NCBI GenBank assembly: GCA_010093995.1
Contig: ML992506.1
Span: 789,196 to 853,195 of the forward strand
Source: Elsinoe ampelina
Taxonomy: Eukaryota
Direction of reading: 5' to 3'
Length of the DNA: 64,000 nt
This document shows positions 12,130-24,831 of this stretch, piece by piece. Numbering within the stretch: position 1 is the stretch's first letter; the number at the start of each line of letters is the position of its first letter. Both the position numbers and the translations under genes were made by a program. The notes under the pieces were generated by a model. That model saw only the letters and a list, made by a program, of their open reading frames with translations, was not told the origin of the DNA and made no database searches.

Positions 12130-12752
12130 TTATGCGTCCTCGACAATGGCAGTGGGCAGACCCTTGGGGTTCTTCACGTTCACCGCCTGAACGTAGCTGT
12201 AGAGCTTCTCCTTGGCACCCTCCTCGTCGTTACGCTTTCGCGAGATTCGGACACGGAGCCTGAATGGGACACCCTTGATGCCGGACTCCCAGACCTTCTT
12301 GTTCAGTTGCGGGTCGAGGCGGACGTCGTTGGTACCCTGTGACAGGTGATTAGCAAGATTTCTCATGCGCTGATTGGCGCTGCAACAAAGTGTCAGCAGG
12401 GAGATGGGGTTAGATTACATACCATTGCCTTTGTAGCGAAAGCCCTGATCTCCTTGATCGCGCGCGGTGCTCGCTTCTTGAAGCTCACGCCATGAACCTA
12501 TTATGTCTCAGTCCCATCTTCTTTTCTCAGTCTTCCGCCCAATGCCACCACCGAACGATCGTCTTGTCTCCCGGTACATCCATTCAAGAAGACCGAACCG
12601 ACAAAGACGACTGCCCGGTGTGCCATAGTTGGACTTCATCAAACTGAACGTACTCTCTTGTGCAGGTGGATGGTGTATTCGCGGGCGACGACGTCGGCGA
12701 TGGCACTACGGCCGGCCTTGGCTGGCTTCTTGCCGGACTTGGTGGAGGACAT
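12130..12752 (-). CDS. RPL31: 60S ribosomal protein L31 (eL31)
   Basis: [44 protein letters not shown]. Introns 12653-12498 and 12422-12337. Confidence 0.97.
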
Positions 12753-13092
12753 TGTCGACGTGGGAGGTGGTGGTGGTTGTCGGGTTTCGTGGTGTAGGCG
12801 ACCTCTGAGAAATTCTGAAGCTGGAGATTGGCGATGGAATTTTGGCAGATTGTGCGGTGCGCGGCGCTAGTGGTCGGCTGGTCCCGAGGGCTTGGCGATC
12901 TGAGCAGCAAATGCGGGCGAGATCTGGAACCGACGAGTTCCAGCTCATGACGTTGACCTCGAGATGTCGAGGTTTGTTTCTTGGGTTGTTATTACAGATT
13001 CCTTCAATCATGTTATCATCATGTGAGTAGTTTTGATTGCTCTGGGTTGGGATTCGGTTTCTTCTCTGTCTGTATCCCTTTGTTAAACGACC

Positions 13093-15402
13093 ATGTCTCT
13101 GTCGGCTGCTTCCAAAGGCGTGGCCATCACCAACCCTCTGGTTCTGTACCGAGCACTGCTTGCAACGAATAGAATAATACCCGATCCAGCACAACATAGA
13201 CTTGGTGAGTCAATGCCTGGGAGACTTGATCCTCGATATTGATAATATGAAGCAATCCATCTACAAAAGCTCTACGATAGACTAAAGGACTACGAACCAC
13301 CAGTACAATATAGCGAACGTCTAAATCAGATCTCGAAGGCCGTAGGCTCGAATGGGACACAGCAAACAATCGATGATAAGCATGATATCCTTGGTCTCGG
13401 ACGACGTGGTCTCTGGCAAAGCATCGTAGCAGAAAAGGAGAGGAAGGACTCTACTGCACTGACCCGGGTCCTCACGAGCCATGAACGGGCACGTGATCTG
13501 GACTCGCCAAAGGGCCTCATGCTACATGGAGAAGTCGGTACTGGTAAGAGTATGCTCATCGACCTTTTCGCGGACTGCCTGCCAAATCAGAAGAAGCGGC
13601 GATGGCATTTCAACACCTTCATCCTCGACGTGATCGCCACGCTCGAGCAGATTCGAAGGGACAATCTACTGAGAGCGGCGCCAGCTAGTCCTGAAGACTA
13701 CTCGATGCTTGTCCTCGCCCGAGACTTGATCAAAAAATCTCCAATTCTTTTCTTGGACGAATTCCAGCTACCCGACAGAGCCGCGAGTAAGATCATGGCC
13801 AATCTTATGACTGCATTCTTTCAGCTTGGGGGAGTGTTAATAGCCACAAGTAATCGTATGCCCGAGGATCTACACAAGGCTGCTGGTATCACGTACTCGC
13901 CACCACCCACCCGCATGGACTCGTTGCGTTGGAAACTGGGCCTAAACCCTTCGAGCAGGAAGAAGACTGGTAGCGCAAATATGTTTGCATATCAAGAAGA
14001 GTATTCCGAATTTCTGGATGTTCTAAAGGCTAGGTGCGAAGTATGGGAAATGGAAAACAGCAAAGATTACCGGCGACAAGAATATGGGACTGTGGCGCCG
14101 GCATCAGAGGACGAGGGCCAGTGGGTACTGGACGAGCAGCAAGATCTGCAGAAACTTCGTGACGAGCTTGATCTCACGGAAGAACTCCAAATAAATGCTC
14201 AGGAACCGGCCGACAGCAATGAGTCTGCTAGCAGCCCTTCTGCACCAGCTCATTACCACATCCAACCAGATCTCTCGCCTCAAACTTCACTCCAATCACT
14301 CACGGCCGTCATCGACGATCTTCAATCCCAAGGGCATCTATCTTCTCCACCAAAGTGGCAACCCACGATCATGCGAGTCTATGGTCGATCAGTACCTGTG
14401 CCCCGGGCCTCCAACGGGATAAGTCAATGGACCTTCACAGAGCTATGCTCGTCTCTCCTCGGTCCGGCCGACTACCTCACTCTAGCCAGCACCTTCCATA
14501 CCATCATTCTCACCGATGTACCAATCCTCACCCTCCTCCGCAAGAATGAAGCCCGCCGCTTCATCACCCTTCTCGACGCCCTCTACGAAGCCCGCTGCAA
14601 ACTCCTCATCACCGCCGCTGCCGGACCGGACGAGATCTTCTTCCCCGACCAAGCCAACCGCCCTACAGAAGGCGACAGCGCTGACGCCGTCTACGCCGAA
14701 ACACTCGCCGAAGCATATCAAGACGTCACTAGCCCCTTCCGACCCAATGTCCTCTCATCGAACCCCGACTTCCGAGAAGACAGCGAGACATACTACGTCC
14801 CCCGCCGCGAGCCAGACTACACCCATTCTCGCCTCTCCGGCATGCTGGCACCAGACGCACTAGAAGACGACCCTCCCAACCGTGTCCTCCGAGCACGAGA
14901 GCGACAACGAGAACGCGACGCGGGTCCCATCGATCCGGACGCCAGCAGGGTCCGCAAGGTCGACTTCCAAGCCACGGGTGCCTTCACGGGGGAAGACGAG
15001 CGCTTCGCGTTCAAACGCGCCCGGAGTAGGCTCTGGGAGATGTGCGGCCGAAAATGGTGGGCACGCAACGAAGAAGGGTGGTGGCGGCCTTTACCCAAAG
15101 AAGTCCGGCGGTGGGAGCGAGCGATTGGAGAAATTCCCGTGCCTTCGATGGGGAGGGTCGAGGAGATCGTGGAGGATGAGGTGCAAGGCGATGTCGTCAT
15201 GGGGAAGAGTAGAGGCGTGGATGAGCAGCAGGACGAGGTCATGTTTAGGCATGGCGCGAGTCCGTTTAGGGTGGCGAGGGAGCCGCCGCCGAAGTTTAGC
15301 TGGGCGCATGTTTGGGGGACGGTGAAGTGGGGGAAGAGGGCGGGGGCTTGGGGCCAGGGACCGGAGGGGTTGAAGGATAGGAAGAAGGAGGGGGATGTGT
15401 AG
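13093..15402 (+). CDS. AFG1/LACE1-like mitochondrial AAA+ ATPase
   Basis: Walker A GEVGTGKS, Walker B LFLDEFQ, ATSNRMPEDL, LGPADYL, NEARRFITLLDALYE. Intron 13205-13252. Confidence 0.9.
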
Positions 15403-15682
15403 GAGATGAACGGATAGAGGGTATAGAAGGTTTGGGGTAGAAAGTGCTCGTATGCAAAGTGCAGATGTTTCGATGAACGGCATGAGGTGCGGTTATGGCA
15501 GTGCGGTGCGTGATGTCTCGTATGAGAGGATCTACGATGCTTGAAGATTTCATTTCTGCAGCTGTATCATGCATTCTGCGTCAATGATGAGAAAAAGCCC
15601 ATTTCGCCTGGTCTGATTCGGTATGCTTTCCATCGCCAACCTCAACCATCATGACACTCATCCCTTGACCCCATCGAGTCGT

Positions 15683-16178
15683 TTATGACCTGGGCTTCTC
15701 CTTCTTCTCCTTCCACAGAGCCATGAGACCGACACCAGAAACCTTGACGACCTTGAAACGCACACCAGGAATATCACCCTTGGCCTTGCCCTTACGACCG
15801 AAACCAGCGAGCAGGACCTCGTCGTTCTCGTCGACAAAGTTGAGGCAACCGTCGTTTGGCACTGCACGTAATCATCAGTCTGGGTGCTACACCCTCGTCG
15901 ATGCGAAAATTCCACCTACCGAAAGCCGTGACCTTCTTTCCGTTCTTGATCAATTGCACCCTGACGCACTTCCTGATGGCCGAGTTTGGCTGCTTGGCCT
16001 CGACACCGACCTTCTCCAGGACGATGCCCTTTGCGTGCGAGGAGCCACCGAACGGCGATGACTTGTAGGCGGTTCCCAGAAGTCGCTTCTTGTAGTGGAG
16101 GTCGGCCCACTTCTGGTCTTTGCGGTGCAAGCGCAGCTTGCGGGCGGCGTTGAGTCCTCTGGGCTTTCCCTTACCCAT
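15683..16178 (-). CDS. RPS23: 40S ribosomal protein S23 (uS12)
   Basis: [39 protein letters not shown]. Intron 15919-15862. Confidence 0.97.
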
Positions 16179-16630
16179 GTTGGCGGTTGTGAGTTGATGA
16201 AGAGGTTTGAGCGAAGTCGAAATTTGTAAAGCGTTCGATGGGTCCCGGCGAATTCTGGTGTGCGTGCCAAGGCTGGTGCGGGAAGACGGGATTGGCCGCT
16301 GGTCAGAGCTTCTGGTGGAAACTCGGATGGGCAGGGCAAGCTCTTCCCCCAGCCACGAGTTGTGCTTGCTCGCGCTAGAGTGACTCGGTGTGCTGTTGTG
16401 CTTCCTTGCTTTTGAGGTCATTGACCAGCCATGTAAATCTACAAGCTAAGTTTTGTTCACTGTTCGACTAATTTTTGTATACTGCGATTGTTTTCTTTGG
16501 AATTCCTTTGACGTCGCTTGCTCTGCCGTTACCGTCTTCCTCCTGTAATTCCGAGTAGATCGATCAACACAGCTGGGTCGAGAGGTTTACGAACACTTCA
16601 GGCTTAGTGGGCTTGCATATCTACGGACAA

Positions 16631-17953
16631 ATGCTTGGACGATGGCTCCTTGCCGGACTGCTCGCTCAATCCCGATACATCACAACATATGCATATGCTG
16701 AACCCGAGGGACCCGAGAGCGACGGTCTAAAGACAGACCAGGATACGCTTCAACGACGACACGATGACCATGAACGAATATTACAGAAGCTGCAAAGGCA
16801 GCAACCGATTGGAATGCGAAAGATGAGCGACGATGAGGGCGAGATGTTCTTCCTGGACTACTGGACGTTTGACCCTCTGGGATCAAGAGCAGGAGCTATA
16901 TCAGATGTGGATGGCATGAGCGGCTTGGGCAACAGTACCCATAGCTATCTCAACCCACCGCTGTCGCCGCATAGTCCTTCTTCGGATTCGAGATCTGCTC
17001 TGCGATTGGCAAGGAGTATCTTCAAGCGAGATTTCGAGTGCCCAGTCGGAACGTTTGCTTGCACATCGATCAATCAACCGAACAGCTGCTGCTCATCCGG
17101 CGAGACGTGTATCAGCGTTCAAGATACTGGACTGGGGCCTGTTGGATGCTGTCCTCAAGGTCAGAACTGTGGAGGATCCGTGGCTGGCTGCAACACCGAT
17201 GAGGGATTCTCGAGCTGTCCAGGCAGTCCCAATGGAGGTTGCTGCATACCAGGATACCAGTGTCAAGGAGTTGGCTGCATACGAATAGGAACCGAGATCC
17301 TGACAAGCAGGCCTGTGACCACTGTCAATCCGGCGACAACCTCGCAAGTGACTTCGGTTCAGACAGTGACCACAACAGTGGTGATCAGCCCATCCACAAG
17401 CGCCGCGCCCACTACTGTGACCCAGACGTTGATCATATCTCCATCCTCGACCTCGATACCTTCCACAACAGCTTCAGCCGTGGCACCCGTCCGACCCACT
17501 AGCAACTCGAACACAGGAAGTGCGGCGCCTTCACCATCTACAACTTCTGCACCTGCAAATGCCGGCTGCCCTACTGCCTTCTACAGATGTAGCGCTTACT
17601 ACGTGGGTGGTTGCTGCCGAGTGGGCCGCGATTGCGCCTCAACATCATGTCCAGTTGGATCCTCCACGACTGTCGTTGGAAATGGAGATAGAACAATCGT
17701 CGCTCCAGCCGGCGCAACCACGGCCGCGCTAGTAGGAAACTGTCAATCGGGATGGGCGACCTGCGCTGCGAGTGTCGGAGGCGGTTGTTGTCCTTCCGGA
17801 TTCGTTTGTGGAGCTGCAGACTGTACAGCTACAGCGAGTGGGCAGGCAAACGTTGGGAAAGAGGCACCGAATACAGCAACAAGACTAGCTGGCCTGGAGT
17901 GGACCATTTTCATTCTCGCAGTCGTGTCTGGTGTTGGGATGGTTCTGCTCTAG
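16631..17953 (+). CDS. Secreted Cys-rich, Ser/Thr-rich, probably GPI-anchored cell-surface protein
   Basis: Signal-like N-terminus, dibasic KR before Cys-rich modules (GGCC...C), S/T-rich stalk, hydrophobic C-terminal tail. Confidence 0.8.
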   Translation: MLGRWLLAGLLAQSRYITTYAYAEPEGPESDGLKTDQDTLQRRHDDHERILQKLQRQQPIGMRKMSDDEGEMFFLDYWTFDPLGSRAGAISDVDGMSGLGNSTHSYLNPPLSPHSPSSDSRSALRLARSIFKRDFECPVGTFACTSINQPNSCCSSGETCISVQDTGLGPVGCCPQGQNCGGSVAGCNTDEGFSSCPGSPNGGCCIPGYQCQGVGCIRIGTEILTSRPVTTVNPATTSQVTSVQTVTTTVVISPSTSAAPTTVTQTLIISPSSTSIPSTTASAVAPVRPTSNSNTGSAAPSPSTTSAPANAGCPTAFYRCSAYYVGGCCRVGRDCASTSCPVGSSTTVVGNGDRTIVAPAGATTAALVGNCQSGWATCAASVGGGCCPSGFVCGAADCTATASGQANVGKEAPNTATRLAGLEWTIFILAVVSGVGMVLL

Positions 17954-18784
17954 GAGATTCTGATGGGGATCCACGTTTTATGATACCACGGACCGGCATA
18001 TATCATTCTTAGCAGGCACAATGCATTTTGTACATATCTCATCCTTGTGTTGATTGTGTTGATTGTTTTGGTAGTACCTTGTTCTGGGTATTGTGCATGA
18101 TGGTGAACAGGCACTTTATATGCGGTGGTATCGAGCCGTAGGATGCTACCAGACCCATGTCAGGACAAATTGTTTCAATGCTGGGATCACCCTCATCTGG
18201 TAGTTCATAGCTGTAAGGTACTACCAGAAGCCTGTGAGAAGGATTGAAACGTCTCTTAAATGTGCATCGTTGTGGTAGTCTGTCATTGGTAGGTACTATC
18301 AGGCGCTTCAAGGGCGGACGCAGTGGATAGCATTACGAATGCATTTCTAGTAGGACTTGGAAACAGTATGGATCTGATGGAGAGAGGTGGGGAAGGATTG
18401 CGGAGAATCACATGCATCGGAAATTTGCCCCGCCTTCGCTCGAGGTCAAGGATTCATGGTTGAACTGCGAACACTGCACAGTCTTGCGCTCTGACGAGGC
18501 GACAAGCATGCATGAATACTACCGACAGCCATCGCAAGCGTTACGGACCAAGATAGACGTAGCAAACAGATATAACAAAAAGTCAATGGCATTGTCGAGG
18601 CAAAAGCATAAAATAGAGGTCGCTGAATTGGTGAGCGCTGATTGGCGCAGACGTCATAGTGGGGGGCTTGGCGTGAAGCTCGACCCTCGACTTCGCGAAT
18701 AGTTGACGGCTTCACTCACCGTCGACTTCACATTCTCCTACAACACCTCCCACCACCACCACGCCACCACCTGCTCCTCCAACT

Positions 18785-18857
18785 GTGCGCGCTGCTCGCT
18801 GGCTCTGCTCGCGTGCTCTCTGATATACTAACCAGACGGCTACTAACGTGGTCACAG
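18785..18857 (+). other. Probable 5'-UTR intron of the mitochondrial carrier gene
   Basis: GTGCGC donor, perfect TACTAAC branch at 18841-18847, CAG acceptor 75 nt upstream of ATG 18933. Confidence 0.6.
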
Positions 18858-18932
18858 TCCTACCAACTCGACAGCCCTCTGGCTAAGTGAAGTGCGTTGT
18901 GAAGACATCACGTCTTCACACGCCTTCAAGCC

Positions 18933-20184
18933 ATGGCACCACAGGGGCAAGACCCCAGCACGCCTGCGGGCGTATCACCGCCGGTTGGCGGTAGCGCGCT
19001 CTTTGGGGATAACTTTATGCGCATCGCGAAAGAATATCGTACCCCCCTCGCCTCGTCAAGCGCATCAGTCCTCTCCACCTTCATCGCAGTAATTTCTACT
19101 TCACTCCACTGGTCTACAGACAGCCACTGATCATGCCTATAGTTCCCGCTAGATTTCGCAAAGAGTCGCATGCAATCGTAGGACATTTTCACATCCCATG
19201 TGAGGATCAGACATTGACCCCTATCGACAGCTATGACACCAAGTTCGTGCCAACCATCACAGAGGCATACCGCGCAGAAGGAATCCGTGGTTTCTGGAGG
19301 GGTAAGATTGGATTACACCAGGTCACGGCGAGCACAATTGGATAACATATTACCAGGAGTACTCCCACCACTCGTTAGCGTCACAGCAGTCCGTACAGCT
19401 TCATTCTCGATCTATCAGATGGCCAAGTACAAGTACGCCGGGTATTTCGAACGCATCACGGGGGAATCTCCACTCGCCATCGCCAACGCCCCCGGGCGTT
19501 ACCCGACAGCTTCAACCATGCTCTGTTTCGGCGCAGCAGGTGCTACAGCAGGATCAATCGTCACGGTCCTAGCATGTCCATTCGAGTTGACCAAGCTACA
19601 TGCTCAGCTGGCGAGTAAGATGGCAAGAGAGCAGGGGAAGAAGGATGTAAACAGCGGTTCCTGGCCACTCGCAAGGCAACTCATCAAGGATCGTGGTTTC
19701 ATGGGGCTCTACAGCGGCTACAGGCTTCACTTGAGTGAGTCACATGACGGACTCGAGTTGAGATCTACTGACAATCACAGTTCGCGACACGATGGGCACA
19801 TGCATCTACTTCACCACTTATGAGACGGCCAAGCAGATCTTCGGCAACGCACGCGGCAACTCACCAACTTCTCCCTTTGCTGTCATGGCTGGCGGTGGTC
19901 TCTGTGGTATCGTCAGTTGGGCTTGCACCTACCCCATCGACGTCAGCAAGACTGTCTACCAGAAGGCACTCCTGTCAAACCCGCAAGAGGAGATTGAGAA
20001 GCCAAAGATCAAATTCTTCCAGCAAGGTTCTTACAGAGGTCAGCACCTCCGTCTATGATCCTCGTACCCACGCTAATCGTTATCAGGTCTCGGCGTCTCG
20101 GTGGCCAGGTCATGCTTGATCAACATGATTTTCTTCAGCATGTTCGAGGTGATCAAGAAGAGGATCAATGACTTCACGGTCTGA
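18933..20184 (+). CDS. Mitochondrial carrier family (SLC25) protein, multi-exon
   Basis: Three PxD/ExxK signatures (FPLDFAKSR, CPFELTKLH, YPIDVSKTV), EGIRGFWRG, GFMGLYSG. About five short GT-AG introns. Confidence 0.9.
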
Positions 20185-21366
20185 GCAATCGACTTTCAGC
20201 GACATGGATATCGGCGTCTTCTTTCATGGGAATGAGCTCTGCACAGTTGAGCCGGAGTTCGGAAGATACCACTTTTCACATGGCCATGGAGTTTTGGGAA
20301 GGGTTTCATGACATGCCCGGATAGAGGGTTCACGCGGCAAGGATTTATGCTGCGCATGCATTCATGGAACGGCAGAGGCCACAGTGCTCGATATCTAACA
20401 GAATGGATTCCAGCGCACGCTCGAAGGAGATACTACGGCATCCTCTATAGCATCAGCTTGGAGCAGATGACATCGTACGGCCCACAGATCGAGCAAAATA
20501 GTGTATATTGAGAAAAAATCACCAGAGAAATGAAAGCAGCGACTGCCGATGCGGTCCTCTTAAGATCCAAAGGCATGACTTGTGCGCTCGCTTGTGTGTT
20601 ATACGTATTGGATTTAGCGGTGATGTGCCTTTGGCAATGCCTTGGTCTTGAACAATGATCAAAAGTTAAGTGGGGAACACGTGGGATGAGGCTGTCGTGG
20701 TTGCTGTGGAGACGGTTGGCCTTTGTAAATAGATTAATCTGTGGCTGAAGCCATGGACATGAAAGATTGATTGCGCTGGACCCGCTTGTCCCCGGAGCTT
20801 GACTGCTCATGGTAAACGCAGACTCGCGTAACGTCCTCGTCCTGAGAGGTATCAGTGGCTTTTTGATTGACCAAGATCCACCTGTCGAGCGACAGGCGCA
20901 CGAATGCCGTGGTGATTCGCCCGTTGAAATACAGCTCAGACCCTTGTCGTCCGGGAGGCCCGTGTGTTTACCACTGCAGCAATCCACAGGCATCCACACG
21001 ATTGCATACGCACACCCAGCCCTCTCTCACTCCTCTAGACGCCTGGCCCACATATCTCGACCTGTGACCAAACCGGATCACTGGGATGCCACAGTGATCG
21101 AACGCCTGTTGCAGCTCGTCAATTGCCCCGCCAATCGCTTTTTGTTTCCTGTGTTTCCGACCTTTCCTACAGTACAACTCCGACGCATAGACCTCTTTCA
21201 TTATTGCTATCACCACCTCTTTTGCGCTCAGCACTTGCAGACGACGATCGCGGGGCGAACACAGCTTCTCATTTGACATGAGACTATACGCATTTCCTTG
21301 TCCGAACTCATGAGTTACGCGAGCGCATCTTTGCCTTGATATACTATTCTTCTTGCTCGACTGGAT

Positions 21367-24300
21367 ATGCGACCTCTTTCGCTCCCAGCTCGATACTTCT
21401 CGACTGTATCACTACTTATTTGCTTGGTTTCTGCCTCAAATCTACCATATAACCCGACGCGCATACATCTGTCGAATCAGCCAGATGGCAAGCCTCACGC
21501 ATACATACTCCAGCCGGGCTCGGACTCGACGACTTCGGCCCAACTGTCCTCCCTCGACCTTTCCAACTCAATAGACTCGAGCAATCCAAAACCAAAGTCG
21601 CTTTCCTCGACTCTGCCTTTCGTCACCGCCAACAAGGCTACAGCATATACATCATTCGTCGACCAGAGTGGGAACATCACAGTCTTGTCTGGGGATTGCA
21701 GCAAGGGAGCGGATGGAGCATCGCTGTGGAGACTCAAGCCGGACAATGGCGCACAAAATGGGGGGACCTGGTCGCAGGACAAAGTCGTGGCCAAGGACCT
21801 CAAGGGACAAGACTCTGTCTCGGGCGCAAACTTCTTGAACGCCGCTGTGGCCTTCTCGGAGCTGGTCGGAGGAAATGCGACAGATACAGATCTGTACGCT
21901 TTCGGTGGCATGTGTCCGGATACTGGTGCTTCCGACTCGACGTGGACGACCACTGCACAATACTCAAACGTCATGGTCACATACTCGCCTCAAGACGACA
22001 CTAAAGAGGAAGATGATTACAAGGTCGCGCTTATCACCAGTAAAGGACCGCCCATCGCCGAGGCTGGCATGAGCATGACACCACTCTCTCCAACCTTCTC
22101 AAACACTAGCGGCGTTCAGACACAGCAACAGGACTTTGTTGTTCTTGGAGGACATACACAATCTGCCTTTATCAACATGTCGCAAGTTGCTATGTTCTCT
22201 CTACCACAAGCAATCTGGTCATTCCTGCCTGTTCAGCAACCCGGAGGAGCTATAGTACCCACTGATTCCAACTTCGTCACACCACGATCGGGTCATACTG
22301 CAGTCCTGTCCGAGGATGGCAGAAGCATTATCATCTATGGCGGCTGGGTTGGCGATGTAAATACACCTGCTTCACCCCAGATTGCTATCCTACACATCGC
22401 GTCGGGCTATGGGGGTACAGGAGCTTGGAAATGGTCCACAGTGTCCATGCCTGGTGGTTCATTCTCGGGAGGACTCGGTCTCTATGGTCACGGAGCTGTG
22501 ATGTTGCCCGGCAATGTCATGATGATCATGGGAGGCTACACAATCTCCACATCTTCATCGAAATTGTCCAAGAGAGCAGGACCAATGGCAAATACCAGGA
22601 CTTTCCTGTACAACGTCACGACAAACTCTTGGGTCACCAGCTACTCTGCTCCGCCCGAGGCACTGGCAGCAATCTCGGGTGATCAGCCGACATCAACTGG
22701 GCTTCAAACACCTTCTCAGAAAGCTGGCGTTGGTATTGGTGTCACTTTCGGTGTCATCGCTCTCGCTGGTGCAGGCGTCTTGTACCTGTGGCATTCAAAG
22801 CGGTCGAAGAGACAACGCCTCAACAGGGATAGCATGGCCATGAACCTGACCAACGAGAAGCCGACTTGGGACGATGGATGGAACACTCACACTTTGACCC
22901 ATGGACGAATTGATTATGATCCTGGCCGATCTGAGTATCATCCTGACTCACCTGAACGAGAAGCTTTTCCTTGGCTGCCACAAATTGGTCAGAGCTGGAA
23001 GACCGAACAGGCAAAGCGTCGCGAAGTGGACTCGACTGGTGCTTTCCTGAATATACCAAGCCCAACGCGTGGTTTGAGACGCGCATCTGGTGGACGAAAC
23101 TATACGTACCAGGCAACTCCTGTAGAGGAACCTCGAATGAGCGGTGCTCTCAGTGGCATTCATCCTATCGTTGAGACCGACGAAGAAGGCTATGTCAGTA
23201 ACGCAAGCTCTCGTCCCGGTACCGCGGATGCACAAAGGCGTCTCCTCGCCGCTTCTGAGATCTTTGATCGCAGATCAGGCAAGCAGGGAGAGTCAACCGA
23301 GGACCCATTCAAGGACCCAGAGCCAAACCCTCTAGGCTCACACCCTGTTTCTCCCGAGCCAGAAGCTGGCTCTTCGTCATCACCTTTCCGGGGTCATCCT
23401 CCGATCTACGCTTTGAATATCAACAAGGAGAAGGGCAATACCTCGACGCAGGACTGGGCTTCGACACACTCTCACGCCGATCGATCCAGTGCCGGTCGTT
23501 CATCTCCCACCAAATCTTCTTCCGATGATCGAACTCTTTCGAATCTGTCCGAAATGTCATCGCGGAGCTACCAGTCTGCTCGCTCTGTAGCACGCACGAC
23601 TTCCACCCGCAGCCAAGCCTTCTTTGGTCTGGCTGGTGCTCCTCGCATCTCACCACAACCATCACCGACAGAAGACCGGACCTTCTCTTTCACCCCATCT
23701 ACCCACGCCGGCATCACTGGTTCCCTCTCTGGTCGCCGTTCACCTCAGCGCACCAACAGCTCCGGACCAAAGCACAGCCGTGCCGAGTCGGACCTCAGTC
23801 GCAAACGCAGTGTTACCTCACCAATTCGAGGCACTTTTGGTCATCGACCACAATACTCCTTCGACCAACTTCGCAACGAAGGTGAACTGCTCCTGGGACC
23901 CTCCACCGATCTTCAGTCCTCCATGGCCAAGAAACGCCCTGTCCGCCCAGCCAGCAGTCTGTACTCGGACAACTTCGACCCGGACCTCTCCGACCACGAC
24001 GGAGACATCACCCCTACCTCTCCCACCCGCAAACGCCTCAACTGGGTCGGATCCATCCGCCGCGCCCTCGGCTCCTACAACCCCATCGACCTCGCCCGCT
24101 CCGCCTCGGCCACCTTCCACGCCCCCATCGGCCCCGTGGAACAATCCCAACTCATGTCCTCCTACTCGGACCGGTCCCAAACCCCCTCCCCCACCAAATC
24201 CTTCGACCAATCCGACCCCACCTCCACCCGCTCCAAACCCCGCCGCACAGCGAGCGACTCCTCGGCCTTCCTCGCCCTGAAACGCGGCAAAGACGACTGG

Positions 24301-24831
24301 GCCACCCCGGACGAGAAATCCGCCTGGGAACCCTACCGCGACGAGCCCGACGGCGGCGACTGGGGCGTCCCCGACGCCGACTCGGCCCCTGCACCTGTGT
24401 TGCCGCTCAAGTCGGCCCGGCGCAAGACCCGCGCCAACACAGGGAAGAGCGTCAATTTCGCCGACGACGACCACGACGCCTCGTCGCCCGGCGAGAAACG
24501 GGGCAGCCAGATCGGGGAGCAGAGGTACTCGCGCGCGTCGTTGGACGAGGAGGAGGAGGAGGGAGGTACTGCGGGTGGGACCGGCGCCGGTCGTCAAGGG
24601 GGAGGTAAGAGGAGGAGAGGGAGAGGGAATGAGGAGGAGGAGGATGATTGGGATGTCGAGCGGGAGGCGGCGAAGCGGGACGTGCAGATCATGTTCACGG
24701 TGCCGAAGGCGAGGTTGAGGGTCGTCAATGCGGATCCGTCGGATAGGGGCAGTTTGAGGAGTGTTAGTGCGGGGAGTAGGGGGAGTGGGAAGAGTCCTAG
24801 GATAGGGGGAGGTGGGGAGGGGGGCAGGTGA
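21367..24831 (+). CDS. Type I membrane protein with extracellular kelch/galactose-oxidase-like beta-propeller and long disordered cytoplasmic tail
   Basis: Signal peptide, kelch-type motifs (YAFGG, VVLGG, PRSGHTAV..IIIYGG, LYGHGAV..MIMGG), one TM segment (AGVGIGVTFGVIALAGAGVLYLW), S/P/R-rich tail. Confidence 0.85.
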   Translation: MRPLSLPARYFSTVSLLICLVSASNLPYNPTRIHLSNQPDGKPHAYILQPGSDSTTSAQLSSLDLSNSIDSSNPKPKSLSSTLPFVTANKATAYTSFVDQSGNITVLSGDCSKGADGASLWRLKPDNGAQNGGTWSQDKVVAKDLKGQDSVSGANFLNAAVAFSELVGGNATDTDLYAFGGMCPDTGASDSTWTTTAQYSNVMVTYSPQDDTKEEDDYKVALITSKGPPIAEAGMSMTPLSPTFSNTSGVQTQQQDFVVLGGHTQSAFINMSQVAMFSLPQAIWSFLPVQQPGGAIVPTDSNFVTPRSGHTAVLSEDGRSIIIYGGWVGDVNTPASPQIAILHIASGYGGTGAWKWSTVSMPGGSFSGGLGLYGHGAVMLPGNVMMIMGGYTISTSSSKLSKRAGPMANTRTFLYNVTTNSWVTSYSAPPEALAAISGDQPTSTGLQTPSQKAGVGIGVTFGVIALAGAGVLYLWHSKRSKRQRLNRDSMAMNLTNEKPTWDDGWNTHTLTHGRIDYDPGRSEYHPDSPEREAFPWLPQIGQSWKTEQAKRREVDSTGAFLNIPSPTRGLRRASGGRNYTYQATPVEEPRMSGALSGIHPIVETDEEGYVSNASSRPGTADAQRRLLAASEIFDRRSGKQGESTEDPFKDPEPNPLGSHPVSPEPEAGSSSSPFRGHPPIYALNINKEKGNTSTQDWASTHSHADRSSAGRSSPTKSSSDDRTLSNLSEMSSRSYQSARSVARTTSTRSQAFFGLAGAPRISPQPSPTEDRTFSFTPSTHAGITGSLSGRRSPQRTNSSGPKHSRAESDLSRKRSVTSPIRGTFGHRPQYSFDQLRNEGELLLGPSTDLQSSMAKKRPVRPASSLYSDNFDPDLSDHDGDITPTSPTRKRLNWVGSIRRALGSYNPIDLARSASATFHAPIGPVEQSQLMSSYSDRSQTPSPTKSFDQSDPTSTRSKPRRTASDSSAFLALKRGKDDWATPDEKSAWEPYRDEPDGGDWGVPDADSAPAPVLPLKSARRKTRANTGKSVNFADDDHDASSPGEKRGSQIGEQRYSRASLDEEEEEGGTAGGTGAGRQGGGKRRRGRGNEEEEDDWDVEREAAKRDVQIMFTVPKARLRVVNADPSDRGSLRSVSAGSRGSGKSPRIGGGGEGGR

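Noticed and set aside
12498..12653. Possible box C/D snoRNA in RPL31 intron 1 (TGATGA ... CTGA on the minus strand)
   Set aside because: Box C is imperfect and very close to the donor, and I could not identify a terminal stem or rRNA guide complement by eye.
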